A stretch of DNA of 64,000 nt. It comes from Mobula birostris (taxonomy: Eukaryota). Below are positions 1 through 15,000 of the stretch, in pieces. The notes under the pieces were generated by a model. The model was not told where the DNA came from, made no database searches, and saw nothing but the letters and a program-made list of their open reading frames with translations. The stretch spans positions 100,704,699-100,768,698 of the forward strand of contig NC_092382.1 of NCBI RefSeq assembly GCF_030028105.1. The letters are read 5' to 3'. Position numbers and translations under genes: made by a program. Position 1 is the stretch's first letter, and each line of letters begins with the position of its first letter.

Positions 1-3000
1 CCCTGGTCCTAGACTCCAACACTACAAGAAACTTCCTCTCAATATCCACTGAATGTGTGACCTCTGGTGCTAGAATCCCCCCACTACAGGAAATATCCTC
101 TCCACATCCACTGTATCAAGCACCCTGGTCCTGGACTCCCCCACTACAGGAAACATCCTCTCAACACCACTCTATCTGTGTCCTCTGGTCCTAGACTCCC
201 ACACTAGAGGAAACATACTATTCATATCCACTCTATCTGTGTCCTCTGGTCCTAGACTCCCCCATTAGTGGAAAAATCCTCTCCACATCCACTCTATCTG
301 TGTCCCTGGTCCTGGACTCCCCCTCTGCAGGAAACTTCCCCTCCATATCCACTATATCTGTGTCCTCTGGTCCTAGACTCCCCACACTACAGGAATCATC
401 CTCTCCACATCCACTCTATCTGTGCCCTCTGGTCCTAGACTTCCCCCACTGTAGGAAACATCCTCTCCACATCCACTATATCTGTGTCCTCTGGTCCTAG
501 ACTCTACCACTACAGGAAACATCCTCTCCGTATCCACTCTATCTGTGTCCTCCGGACCTAGACTCCCCCACTACAAGAAACATCCACTCTATCTCTGTCC
601 TCTGGTCCTAGACACCCACACTATATGAAACATCCTCTCCACATCCACTCTATCTATGTCCTCTGGACCCAGTCTCCCGTAATATAGGAAATATCCTCCC
701 CTCATCCACTCTATCTGTGTCCTCTGGTCCTAGTCTCCGCAACTATAGGAATCATCCTCTACATATGCACTCTATCTGTGTCCTCTGGTCCTAGTCTCCC
801 CCACTATAGGAAACGTCCTCTCCATATCCACTCTATCTTTGTCCTCTGGTCCTAGACTCCCCCATTACAGGAAACAGCCTCTCCATATCCACTCTATCTG
901 TGTCCCTGGTCCTAGGTTACCTCACTACAGGAAACATCCTCTCCAAATCCACTCTATCTGTGTCCTCTGGTCCTAGACTCCCCACAGTACAGGAAACTTC
1001 CTCTCCACATCCACTCCATCTGTGTCCTCTGGTCATAGACTCCCCCCACTACAGGAAACATCCTCTCCACATCCATTCAATCTGTGTGCTCTGGTCCCAG
1101 AGACCCCACTATAGGATATATCCTCTCCACATCCACTCTATCTGTCTCCTCTGGTCCTAGACTCTCCCACTACAGGAAACATTTCCACATCCAGTCTATC
1201 TGTGACCTCAGGTCCTAGACTCCCCCCAACTACAGGAAACATCCTCTCCACAGTCACTCTATCTATGTCCTCTGGTCCTAGACTTTCCCCAATATAGGAA
1301 AAATCCTGTCCATATCCACTCTATCTCTGTCCTATGGTCCTAGACTCTCCCACTACAGGAAACATCCTCTCCATATCCACGCTATCTGTGTCCTCTGGTC
1401 CTAGACTCCCCGACTATAGGAAACATCCTCTTCATATCCACTCTGTCTGTGTCCTCTGGTCCTAGTCTCCCACAGTATAGGAATCATCCTCTCCACATCC
1501 ACTCTAGCTGTGCCCTCTGGTCCCAGACTTTCCCCACTGTAGGAAACATCCTCTCCACATCCACTATATCTGTGTCCTCTGGTCCTAGACTCTACCACTA
1601 CAGAAAACATCCTCTCCGTATCCACTCTATCTGTGGTCTCTGGTCCTAGACTCCCCCACAATCGGAAACATCCTCTCCACATCCACTCTATCTGTGACCT
1701 CTGGTCCTAGACTCACCCCACTACAAGAAACATCCTCGCCACATCAACACGGGTCCTAGACTCCACCCACTACAGGAAACATCCTCTCCACATCCACTCT
1801 ATCTGTGTCCTCTGGTCCTTGACTTTCCCCACTATAGGAAAAGTCCTCTCCATATCCAATCTATCTCTGTGCTGTGGTCCTAGACTCTCCCACTACAGGA
1901 AACATCCTCTCCATATCCACTCTATCTGTGTCCTCTGGTCCTAGACTCCCCGACTATTGGAAACATCCCCTTCATATCCACTCTGTCTGTGTCCTCTGGT
2001 CCTAGTCTCCCACACTATAGGAAACGTCCTCTCCATATCCACTCTATCTGTTTCCTCTATTCCTAGACTCCCCCATTACAGGAAACATCCTCTCCACATC
2101 CTCTCTATCTGTGTCCCTGGTCCTAGACTCACCCCACTTCAGGAAACATCCTCTCCACATGCACTCTGTCTGTGTCCTCTGGTCCTAGACTCCCCCAGTA
2201 CAGGAAACATCCTCTGCACATCCATTCTATCTGTGTCCACTGGTCTTAGACTCCCCGACTACAGGAAACATCCCCTCCACATCCACTCTATCTGTGTCCC
2301 TGGTCCTAGACTACCCCACTACTGGTAACATCCTCTCCCTATCCACTCTATCTGTGTCCTCTGGTCCTGGACTCCCCCATTAGTGGAAACATCCTCTCCA
2401 CATCCACTCCATCTGTGCCCTCTGGTCCTAGACTCCCCCACTAGAGGAAACATCCTCTCCATATGCACTCTATTTGTGTCCTCTGGTCCTAGACTCCGCC
2501 ATTGCAGGAAACATCCTCACCACATACACTCTATTTGTGTCCTCTGGTCCTAGACTCCCCAAATACAGGAAACATCCTCTCCATATCCACTCTATCTGTG
2601 TCCTCTAATCCTAGACTCCCCGATTACAGGAAACATCCTCACCAAATCCACTCTGTCTGTGTCCTCTGGTCCTAGACACCCACTCTATCGGAAACATCCT
2701 CTCCACATCCACTCTATCTGTGTCCTCTGGACCCAGTCTCCCCTAATATAGGAAACATCCTCCCCTCATCCACTCTATCTGTGTCCTCTGGTCCTAGTCT
2801 CCGCAACTATAGGAAACATCCTCTACATATGCACTCTATCTGTGTCCTCTGGTCCTAGTCTCCCCCACTATAGGAAACATCCTCTCCATATCCACTCTAT
2901 CTGTGTCCCTGGTCCTAGGCTACCTCACTACAGGAAACATCCTCTCCATTTCCATTCTATCTGTGTCCTCTGGTCCTAGACTCCCCCATTACACGAAACA

Positions 3001-6000
3001 TCCTCTCCACATCCACTCTATCTCTGCCCTCTGGTCCTAGACTCCCCCAATACAGGAAACATCCGCACCACATCAACTCTATCTGTGTCCTCAGTCCTAG
3101 TCTCCCCATTACAGGAAACATCCACTCCATATCCACTCTATTTGTGTCCTCTGGTCCCAGACTCCCCCATTACAGGGAACATCCTCTCCAAATCCACTCT
3201 ATGTGTGTCCTCTAGTCCTAGACTCCCCACAGTACAGGAAACTTCCTCTCCACATCCACACTATCTGTGTGCTCTGGTCCCAGAGACCCCACTATAGGAT
3301 ATATCCTCTGCACATCCACTCTATCTGTCTCCTCTGGTCCTAGACTCTCCCACTACAGGAAACATCTCCACATCCACTCTATCTGTGACCTCAGGTCCTA
3401 GACTCCCCCCACTACAGGAAACATCCTCTCCACATTCAGTCTATCTGTGTCCTCAGATGCTAGACTCCCCCCACTACAGGAAACATCCTCTCCACTGTCA
3501 CTCTATCTATGTCCTCTGGTCCTAGACTTTCCCCACTATAGGAAACATCCTGTCCATTACCACTCTATCTCTGTCCTATGGTCCTAGACTCTCCCACTAC
3601 AGGAAACATCCTCTCCATATCCACGCTATCTGTGTCCTCTGGTCCTAGACTCCCCGACTATAGGAAACATCCTCTTCATATCCACTCTGTCTGTGTCCTC
3701 TGGTCCTAGTCTCCCACAGTATAGGAATCATCCTCTCCACATCCACTCTAGCTGTGCCCTCTGGTCCCAGACTTTCCCCACTGCAGGAAACAACCTCTCC
3801 ACATCCACTATATCTGTGTCCTCTGGTCCTAGACTCTACCACTACAGGAAACATCCTCTCCGTATCCACTCTATCTGTGTTCTCTGGTCCTAGACTCCCC
3901 CACAATAGGAACCATCCTCTCCACATCCACTCTATCTGTGACCTCTGGTCCTAGACTCACCCCACTACAAGAAACATCCTCGCCACATCAACACGGGTCC
4001 TAGACTCCACCCACTACAGGAAACATCCTCTCCACATCCACTCTACCTGTGTCCTCTGGTCCTTGACTTTCCCCACTATAGGAAAAGTCCTCTCCATATC
4101 GACTCTATCTCTGTCCTGTGGTCCTAGACTCTCCCACTACAGGAAACATCCTCTCCACATCCACTCCATCGGTGTCATCTAGTCCAAGACTGCCCCACTA
4201 CAGGAAACATCCTCTACACATCCACTCTATCTGTGTCCTCTGGTCCTAGACTCCCCGACTATTGGAAACATCCTCTTCATATCCACTCTGTCTGTGTCCT
4301 CTGGTCCTAGTCTCCCACACTATAGGAAACGTCCTCTCCATATCCACTCTATCTGTGTCCTCTGTTCCTAGACTCCCCCATTACAGGAAACAACCTCTCC
4401 ACATCCTCTCTATCTGTGTTCCTGGTCTAGACTACCCCACTACAGGAAACATCCTCTCCATATCCACTCTATCTGTGCCCTCTGGTCCTATTCTCCCCCA
4501 CTAGAGGAAACATCCTCTCCATATCTACTCTATCTGTGTCCTCTGGTCCTAGACTCCCCCACTATAGGAAACATCCGCTCCATATCCATTGTATCTGTGT
4601 CCTTTGGTCCTAGACGTCACCATTACAGGAAACATCCTCTCCATATCCACTCTATCTGTGTCCTCTGGTCCCAGTCTCCCCCAATATAGGAAATATCCTC
4701 TCCAAATCACTCTATCTGTGTCCTCTGGTCCTAGTCTCCGCAACTGTAGGAAACATCCTCTCCATATCCACTCTGTCTGTGTCCTCTGATCCTAGTCTTC
4801 CCCACTATATGAAACGTCCTCTCCATATCCACTCTATCTCTGTCCTCTGGTCCAAGACTCCTCCATTACAGGAAACAACCTCTTCACTTCCACTCTATCT
4901 GTGTCCCTGGTCCTAGACTGCCACACTACAGGAAACTTCCTCTCCATACCCACTGAATGTGTGTCCTCTGGTCCTAGATTTTCCCCACTATAGGAAACAT
5001 CCTGTCCATATCCACTCTATCTCTGTCCTATGGTCCAAGACCCTTGCACTACAGGAAACATCCTCTCCACATCCACTCCATCTGTGTCCACTAGTCCAAG
5101 ACCCTCCCACTACAGGAAACATCATCTCCATATCCACTCTATCTTTGTCTTCTGGTCCTAGACTCCCCCACTATAGGAAACATCCTCTTCATATCCACTC
5201 TACCGGTGTCCTCTGGTCCTAGTCTTCCCCACTACAGGAAACATCTTCTCCACATCCACTCTATCTGTGTCCCCTGGTCCTAGACTACCCCCACTACAGG
5301 AAATATCCTCTCCACATCCACTCATTCTGTGCACCCTGGTCCCAGACTGCCCCCAGTACAGGAAACATCTTCTCCACATGTACTCAATCTGTGTCCTCTG
5401 GTCGTAGACTCCCCCCACTTCAGGAAACATCCTCTCCACATTGACTCTCTCCGTGTCCTCTGGTCCTAGACTCCCCCAGTACAGGAAACATCCTCTGCAC
5501 ATCCATTCTATCTGTGTCCACTGGTCCTAGACTCCCCGAATACAGGAAACATCCCCTCCACATCCACTCTATCTGTGTCCCTGGTACTAGACTACACCAC
5601 AACAGGTAACATCCTCTCCCTATCCACTCTGTCTGTGTCCTCTGGCCCTAGACTCCCCCATTACAGGAAACATCCTCTCCATATCCACTCTATCTGTGTC
5701 CTCTGGTCCTAGACTCCCCCATTACAGGAAACATCCTCACCACATCCACTCGATCTGTGTCCTCTGGTCCAAGACTCCCCCACTACAGGAAACATCCTCT
5801 CCACATCCACTCTATCTGTGTCCTCTGGTCCTAGACTCCCCCACGACAGGAAACATCCTCTCCACATCCACTCTACCTGTGTCCTCTGGTCCTAGACTTC
5901 CCCCACTGTATGAGACATCCTCTCCACATCCACTCTATCAGTGTCCTCTGGTCCTAGTCTCCGCAAATATAGGAAACATCCTCTACATATGCACTCTATC

Positions 6001-9000
6001 TGTGTCCTCTGGTCCTAGTCTCCCCCACTATAAGAAACGTCCTCTCCATATCCACTCTATCTGTGTCCTCTGGTCCTAGACTCCCCCACTATAGGAAAAA
6101 TCTTCTCCACATCCACTCTATCTGTGTCCTCTGGTCCTAGACTCCCCAACTACAGGAAACATCCTCTCCACGTCCACTCTATCTGTGTCCTCTGGTCCTA
6201 GACTCCCCCATTACAGGAAACATCCTGTCCACATCCAGCTATCTGTGCCCTCTGGTCCTAGTCTCCCCCACAATAGGAATCGTCCTCGTCATATCCACTC
6301 TATCTGTGTCCTCTGGTCCTAGTCTCCCCCAAAATCGGAAACGTCCTCTCCATATCTACTCTATCTGTGCCCTCTGGTCCTAGACTCCCCCACTAGAGGA
6401 AACATCCTCTCCATATGCACTCTATTTGTGTCCTCTGGTCCTAGACTCCGCCATTGCAGGAAACATCCTCACCACATACACTCTATTTGTGTCCTCTGGT
6501 CCTAGACTCCCCAAATACAGGAAACATCCTCTCCATATCCACTCTATCTGTGTCCTCTAATCCTAGACTCCCCGATTACAGGAAACATCCTCACCAAATC
6601 CACTCTATCTGTGTCCTCTGGTCCTAGACACCCACTCTATCGGAAACATCCTCTCCACATCCACTCTATCTGTGTCCTCTGGACCCAGTCTCCCCTAATA
6701 TAGGAAACATCCTCCCCTCATCCACTCTATCTGTGTCCTCTGGTCCTAGTCTCCGCAACTATAGGAAACATCCTCTTCATATGCACTCTATCTGTGTCCT
6801 CTGGTCCTAGTCTCCCCCACTATAGGAAACGTCCTCTCCATATCCACTCTATCTGTGTCCTCTGGTCCTAGACTCCCCCATTACAGGAAACATCCTCTCC
6901 ATATCCACTCTATCTGTGTCCCTGGTCCTAGGCTACCTCACTACAGGAAACATCCTCTCCATTTCCATTCTATCTGTGTCCTCTGGTCCTAGACTCCCCC
7001 ATTGCACGAAACATCCTCTCCACATCCACTCTATCTCTGCCCTCTGGTCCTAGACTCCCCCAATACAGGAAACATCCGGACCACATCAACTCTATCTGTG
7101 TCCTCAGTCCTAGTCTCCCCATTACAGGAAACATCCACTCCATATCCACTCTATTTGTGTCCTCTGGTCCCAGACTCCCCCATTACAGGGAACATCCTCT
7201 CCAAATCCACTCTATGTGTGTCCTCTAGTCCTAGACTCCCACAGTACAGGAAACTTCCTCTTTTCCACATCCACACTATCTGTGTGCTCTGGTCCCAGAG
7301 ACCCCACTATAGGATATATCCTCTGCACATCCACTCTATCTGTCTCCTCTGGTCCTAGACTCTCCCACTACAGGAAACATCTCCACATCCACTCTATCTG
7401 TGACCTCAGGTCCTAGACTCCCCCCACTACAGGAAACATCCTCTCCACATTCAGTCTATCTGTGTCCTCAGATACTAGACTCCCCCCACTACAGGAAACA
7501 TCCTCTCCACTGTCACTCTATCTATGTCCTCTGGTCCTAGACTTTCCCCACTATAGGAAACATCCTGTCCATTACCACTCTATCTCTGTCCTATGGTCCT
7601 AGACTCTCCCACTACAGGAAACATCCTCTCCATATCCACGCTATCTGTGTCCTCTGGTCCTAGACTCCCCGACTATAGGAAACATCCTCTCCATATCCAC
7701 TCTATCTGTGTCCCTGCTCCTAGGCTACCTCACTACAGGAAACATCCTCTCCATTTCCATTCTATCTGTGTCCTCTGGTCCTAGACTCCCCCCATTACAC
7801 GAAACATCCTCTCCACATCCACTCTATCTCTGCCCTCTGGTCCTAGACTCCCCCAATACAGGAAACATCCGGACCACATCAACTCTATCTGTGTCCTCAG
7901 TCCTAGTCTCCCCATTATAGGAAACATCCACTCCATATCCACTCTATTTGTGTCCTCTGGTCCCAGACTCCCCCATTACAGGGAACATCCTCTCCAAATC
8001 CACTCTATGTGTGTCCTCTAGTCCTAGACTCCCCACAGTACAGGAAACTTCCTCTCCACATCCACACTATCTGTGTGCTCTGGTCCCAGAGACCCCACTA
8101 TAGGATATATCCTCTGCACATCCACTCTATCTGTCTCCTCTGGTCCTAGACTCTCCCACTGCAGGAAACATCTCCACATCCACTCTATCTGTGACCTCAG
8201 GTCCTAGACTCCCCCCACTACAGGAAACATCCTCTCCACATTCAGTCTATCTGTGTCCTCAGATGCTAGACTCCCCCCACTACAGGAAACATCCTCTCCA
8301 CTGTCACTCTATCTATGTCCTCTGGTCCTAGACTTTCCCCACTATAGGAAACATCCTGTCCATTACCACTCTATCTCTGTCCTATGGTCCTAGACTCTCC
8401 CACTACAGGAAACATCCTCTCCATATCCACGCTATCTGTGTCCTCTGGTCCTAGACTCCCCGACTATAGGAAACATCCTCTTCATATCCACTCTGTCTGT
8501 GTCCTCTGGTCCTAGTCTCCCACAGTATAGGAATCATCCTCTCCACATCCACTCTAGCTGTGCCCTCTGGTCCCAGACTTTCCCCACTGCAGGAAACAAC
8601 CTCTCCACATCCACTATATCTGTGTCCTCTGGTCCTAGACTCTACCACTACAGGAAACATCCTCTCCGTATCCACTCTATCTGTGTTCTCTGGTCCTAGA
8701 CTCCCCCACAATAGGAACCATCCTCTCCACATCCACTCTATCTGTGACCTCTGGTCCTAGACTCACCCCACTACAAGAAACATCCTCGCCACATCAACAC
8801 GGGTCCTAGACTCCACCCACTACAGGAAACATCCTCTCCACATCCACTCTACCTGTGTCCTCTGGTCCTTGACTTTCCCCACTATAGGAAAAGTCCTCTC
8901 CATATCGACTCTATCTCTGTCCTGTGGTCCTAGACTCTCCCACTACAGGAAACATCCTCTCCACATCCACTCCATCGGTGTCATCTAGTCCAAGACTGCC

Positions 9001-12000
9001 CCACTACAGGAAACATCCTCTACACATCCACTCTATCTGTGTCCTCTGGTCCTAGACTCCCCGACTATTGGAAACATCCTCTTCATATCCACTCTGTCTG
9101 TGTCCTCTGGTCCTAGTCTCCCACACTATAGGAAACGTCCTCTCCATATCCACTCTATCTGTGTCCTCTGTTGCTAGACTCCCCCATTACAGGAAACAAC
9201 CTCTCCACATCCTCTCTATCTGTGTTCCTGGTCTAGACTACCCCACTACAGGAAACATCCTCTCCATATCCACTCTATCTGTGCCCTCTGGTCCTATTCT
9301 CCCCCACTAGAGGAAACATCCTCTCCATATCTACTCTATCTGTGTCCTCTGGTCCTAGACTCCCCCACTATAGGAAACATCCGCTCCATATCCATTGTAT
9401 CTGTGTCCTTTGGTCCTAGACGTCACCATTACAGGAAACATCCTCTCCATATCCACTCTATCTGTGTCCTCTGGTCCCAGTCTCCCCCAATATAGGAAAT
9501 ATCCTCTCCAAATCACTCTATCTGTGTCCTCTGGTCCTAGTCTCCGCAACTGTAGGAAACATCCTCTCCATATCCACTCTGTCTGTGTCCTCTGATCCTA
9601 GTCTTCCCCACTATATGAAACGTCCTCTCCATATCCACTCTATCTCTGTCCTCTGGTCCAAGACTCCTCCATTACAGGAAACAACCTCTTCACTTCCACT
9701 CTATCTGTGTCCCTGGTCCTAGACTGCCACACTACAGGAAACTTCCTCTCCATACCCACTGAATGTGTGTCCTCTGGTCCTAGATTTTCCCCACTATAGG
9801 AAACATCCTGTCCATATCCACTCTATCTCTGTCCTATGGTCCAAGACCCTTGCACTACAGGAAACATCCTCTCCACATCCACTCCATCTGTGTCCACTAG
9901 TCCAAGACCCTCCCACTACAGGAAACATCATCTCCATATCCACTCTATCTTTGTCTTCTGGTCCTAGACTCCCCCACTATAGGAAACATCCTCTCCATAT
10001 CCACTCTATCTGTGCCCTCTGGTCCTATTCTCCCCCACTAGAGGAAACATCCTCTCCATATCTACTCTATCTGTGTCCTCTGGTCCTAGACTCCCCCACT
10101 ATAGGAAACATCCGCTCCATATCCATTGTATCTGTGTCCTTTGGTCCTAGACGTCACCATTACAGGAAACATCCTCTCCACATCCACTCATTCTGTGCAC
10201 CCTGGTCCCAGACTGCCCCCAGTGCAGGAAACATCTTCTCCACATGTACTCAATCTGTGTCCTCTGGTCGTAGACTCCCCCCACTTCAGGAAACATCCTC
10301 TCCACATTGACTCTCTCCGTGTCCTCTGGTCCTAGACTCCCCCAGTACAGGAAACATCCTCTGCACATCCATTCTATCTGTGTCCACTGGTCCTAGACTC
10401 CCCGAATACAGGAAACATCCCCTCCACATCCACTCTATCTGTGTCCCTGGTACTAGACTACACCACAACAGGTAACATCCTCTCCACATCCACTCTATCT
10501 GTGTCCCTGGGCCTAGACTCCCCCACTACAGGAAACATCCACTCTATCTGTGTCTTCTGGTCCTAGACTTCACCCACTGTAGGAAACATCCTCTCCACAT
10601 CCACTGTATCTGTGTCCTATCTTCCTAGACTCTACCACTACAGGAAACATCCTCTCCACATCCACTATATCTGTGTCCTCTGGTGCTAGAGCCACACACT
10701 ATAGGAAACATCCTCTCCGCATTCACTCTCTCTGTGTCCTCTGGTCCGAGACCCCCCTCCCCCCCCACTACAGGAAACATCCTCTCCACGTTCACTCTAT
10801 CTGTGTCCTCTGGTCCTAGACTCCCCCATTACAGGAAACATCCTGTCCACATCCACTCTATCTGTGCCCTCTGGTCCTAGTCTCCCCAACAATAGGAAAG
10901 GTCCGGGCCATGTCCAGTCTATCTGTGTCCTCTGGTCCTAGTCTCCCCCAGAATCGGAAACGTCCTCTCCATATCCACTCAATCTGTGTCCCTGGTCCTA
11001 GGCTACCCCACTACAGGAAACATACTCTCCATTTCCATTCTATCTGTGTCCTCTGGTCCTAGACTACCCCTTTACAGGAAACATCCTCACCACATCCACT
11101 CTATCTGTGTCCTCTGGTCCAAGACTCCCCCATTACAGGAAACATCCTCTCCAAATACACTCTATCTGTGTCCTCTGGTCATAGACTCCCCCCACTACAG
11201 GAAACATCTTCTCCACGTCCTTTCAATCCGTGTGCTCTGGTCCCAGAGTCCCCCACTATCGGATATATCCTCTCCACATCCACTCTATCTGTCTCCTCTG
11301 GTCCTAGACTCTCCCACTACAGGAAACATCTCCACGTCCACTCTATCTGTGACCTCGTGTCCTAGACTCCCCCCACTACAGGAAACATCCTCTCCACATT
11401 CAGTCTATCTGTGTCCTCAGATCCTAGACTCCCCCCACTACAGGAAACATCCTCTCCACATCCACCCTATTTGTGCCTTTTGGCTTTAGACTCCCCTCAG
11501 TACAGGAAAAATCCTCTCCACAGTCACTCTATGTCTTCTGGTCCTAGACTCCCCCATTACAGGAAACATCCTCTTCATATCCACTCTGTCTGTGTCCTCT
11601 GGTCCTAGTCTCCCACACTATAGGAAACGTCCTCTCCATATCCACTCTATCTGTGTCCTCTGTTCCTGGACTCCCTCATTACAGGAAACATCCTCTCCGC
11701 ATCCTCTCTATCTGTGTCCCTGGTCCTAGACTACCACACTACAGGAAACATCCTCTCCATATCCACTCTATCTGTGCCCTCTGTTCCTAGACTCCCCCAC
11801 TATAGGAAACATCCTCTCCATATCTACTCCATCTGTGTCCTCTGATCCGAGACCACCCTACCCCCCACACTACAGGAAACATCCTCTCCATTTCCACTCT
11901 ATCTGTGTCCTCTGGTCCTAGACTCCCCCACTACATGAAACATCCGCTCCATATCCATTGTATCTGTGTCCTTTGGTCCTAGACGTCCCCATTACAGGAA

Positions 12001-15000
12001 ACATCCTCTCCATATCCACTCTATCTGTGTCCTCTGGTCCCAGTCTCCCCTAATATAGGAAACATACACTCCACATCCACTCTATCTGTGTCCTCTGGTC
12101 CTAGTCTCACCCAATATAGGAAACATCCTCTCCAAATCACTCTATCTGTGTCCTCTGGTCCTAGTCTTCCCCACTATAGGAAACGTCCTCTCCATATCCA
12201 CTCTATCTGTGTCCTCTGGTCCTAGACTACTCCATTACAGGAAACATCCTCTCCACATCCACTCTATCTGAGTCCCTGGTCCTAGACTCCAACACTACAA
12301 GACACTTCCTCTCCATATCCACTGAATGTGTGACCTCTGGTCCTAGACTCCCCCCACTACAGGAAACATCCTGTCCACATCCAGTCTATCTGTGTCCTCT
12401 GGTCCTAGACTCCCCCAATACAGGAAACATCCTCTCCACATCCACCTTATCTGTGTCCTCTGGCCCTAGACACCCCCACTACAGGATACATCCTCTCCAC
12501 ATCCACTCTATCTATGTACTCTGGTCTTAGACTTTCCCCACTACAGGAAACATCCTCTCCACATCCACTCCATCTGTGACCAACTAATCCAAGACCCCAC
12601 CACTACAGGAAACATCCTCTCCATACCCACTCTATCTTTGTCCCCTGGTCCGAGACTCCCCCACTATAGGAAACATCCTCTTCATATCCACCCTACTTGT
12701 GTCCTCTGGTCCTGGTCTTCCCCATTACAGGAAACATCCCCTCCACATCCACTCTATCTGTGTCCCTGGTTCTAAACTACCCCACTACAGGAAACATCCT
12801 CTCCATATCCACTCTATCTGTGTCGTCTGGTCCTAGACTCCCCCATTAGTGGAAAAATCCTCTCCACATCCACTCTATCTGTGTCCCTGGTCCTGGACTC
12901 CCCCACTACAGGAAACTTCCTCTCCACATCCACTCTATCTGTGCCCTCTGGTCCTAGAGTTCCCCCACTGTAGGAAACATCCTCTCCACATCCACTATAT
13001 CTGTGTCCTCTGGTCCTAGACTCTACCACTACAGGAAACATCCTCTCCGTATCCACTCTATCTGTGTCCTCTGGTCCTAGAGTCCCCCAGTACAGGAAAC
13101 ATCCACTCTATCTGTGTCCTCTGGTCCTAGACTTCCCCCACTGTAGGAGACATCCTCTCCACATCCACTCTATCCGTGTCCTCTGGTCCTAGACACCCAC
13201 ACTATAGGAAACATCCTCTCCATATCCACTCTATCTGTGTCCTCTGGTCCTAGTCTCCGCAACTATAGGAAACATCCTCTACATATGCACTCTATCTGTG
13301 TCCTCTGGTACTAGTCTCCCCCACTACAGGAAACGTCCTCTCCATATCCACTCTATCTGTGTCCTCTGGTCCTAGAGTCCCCCACTATAGGAAACATCCT
13401 CTCCATATCCACTCTCTCTGTGTCATCTGGTCCTAGACTCCCCCATTAAAGGAAACATCCTCTCCACATCCACTCTCTCTGTGTCCTCTGGTCCTAGTCT
13501 CCCCCACTATAGGAAACGTCCTCTCCATATCCACTCTATCTGTGTCCTCTGGTCCTAGACTCCCCCATTAAAGGAAACATCCTCTCCACTTCCACTTTAT
13601 CTGTGTCCCTGGTCCAAGACTACCCCACTACAGGAAACATCCACTCCATATCCACTCTATCTGTGTCCTCTGGTCCTAGACTCCCCCATTACAGGAAACA
13701 TCCTCTCCACATCCACTCTATCTCTGCCCTCATGTCCTAGACTCCCCCGCTAGAGGAAACATCCTCTCCATATCCACTCTATCTGTGTCCTCCGGTCCTA
13801 GACTCCCCCATTACAGGAAACATTCTCTCCATATCCACTCGATCTGTTTCCTCTGTTCCTAGACTCCCCCATTACAGGAAACATCCTCTCCACATCCACT
13901 CTATCTGTGTCCCTGGGCCTAGACTCCCCCACTACAGGAAACATCCACTCTATCTGTGTCTTCTGGTCCTAGACTTCACCCACTGTAGGAAACATCCTCT
14001 CCACATCCACTGTATCTGTGTCCTATGTTCCTAGACTCTACCACTACAGGAAACATCCTCTCCACATCCACTATATCTGTGTCCTCTGGTGCTAGAGCCA
14101 CACACTATAGGAAACATCCTCTCCGCATTCACTCTCTCTGTGTCCTCTGGTCCGAGACCCCCCTCCCCCACACTAAGGGAAACATCCTCTCCATATCCAC
14201 TCTATCTGTGTCCTCTGGTCCTAGTCTCCCCCACTATAGGAAACATCCTCTCCATATCCACTCTATCTGTGTCCGCTGATCGCAGTCTCCCCCAATATAG
14301 GAAACTTCCTCTTCATATACACTCTATCTGTGTCCTCCGGTCCTAGACTCCCCCTACTACAGGAAACATCCCCTCCACATCCACTCTATCTGTGTCCTCT
14401 GGTCCTAGACTTCCCACACTGTAGGAAACAGCCTCTCCACTTCCACTGTATCTGTGTCCTCTGGTCCCAGACTCTGCCACGACAGGAAACATCCTTTCCA
14501 TATCCACTCTATCTGTGTCCTCTGGTCCTAGTCTCCCCCACTATAGGAAACATCCTCTCCATATCCACTCTATCTGTGTCCGCTGATCCCAGTCTCCCCC
14601 AATATAGGAAACTTCCTCTTCATATGCACTCTATCTGTGCCCTCTGGTCCTAGACTCCCCCTACTACAGGAAACATCCCCTCCACATCCACTCTATCTGT
14701 GTCCTCTGGTCCTAGACTTCCCACACTGTAGGAAACAGCCTCTCCACTTCCACTGTATCTGTGTCCTCTGGTCCCAGACTCTGCCACGACAGGAAACATC
14801 CTTTCCATATCCACTCTATCTGTATCCTCTGGTCCTAGACTCCCCCAGAATAGGAAACATCCTCTCCACATTCACTCTATCTGTGTCCTCTGGTCCGAGA
14901 GTCTGCCACTATAGGAAACATCCTCTCCTTATCCACTCTATCTGTGTCCTCTGGTCCTAGACTCCTCCATTACAGGAAACATCCTCTCCATATCCACTCT

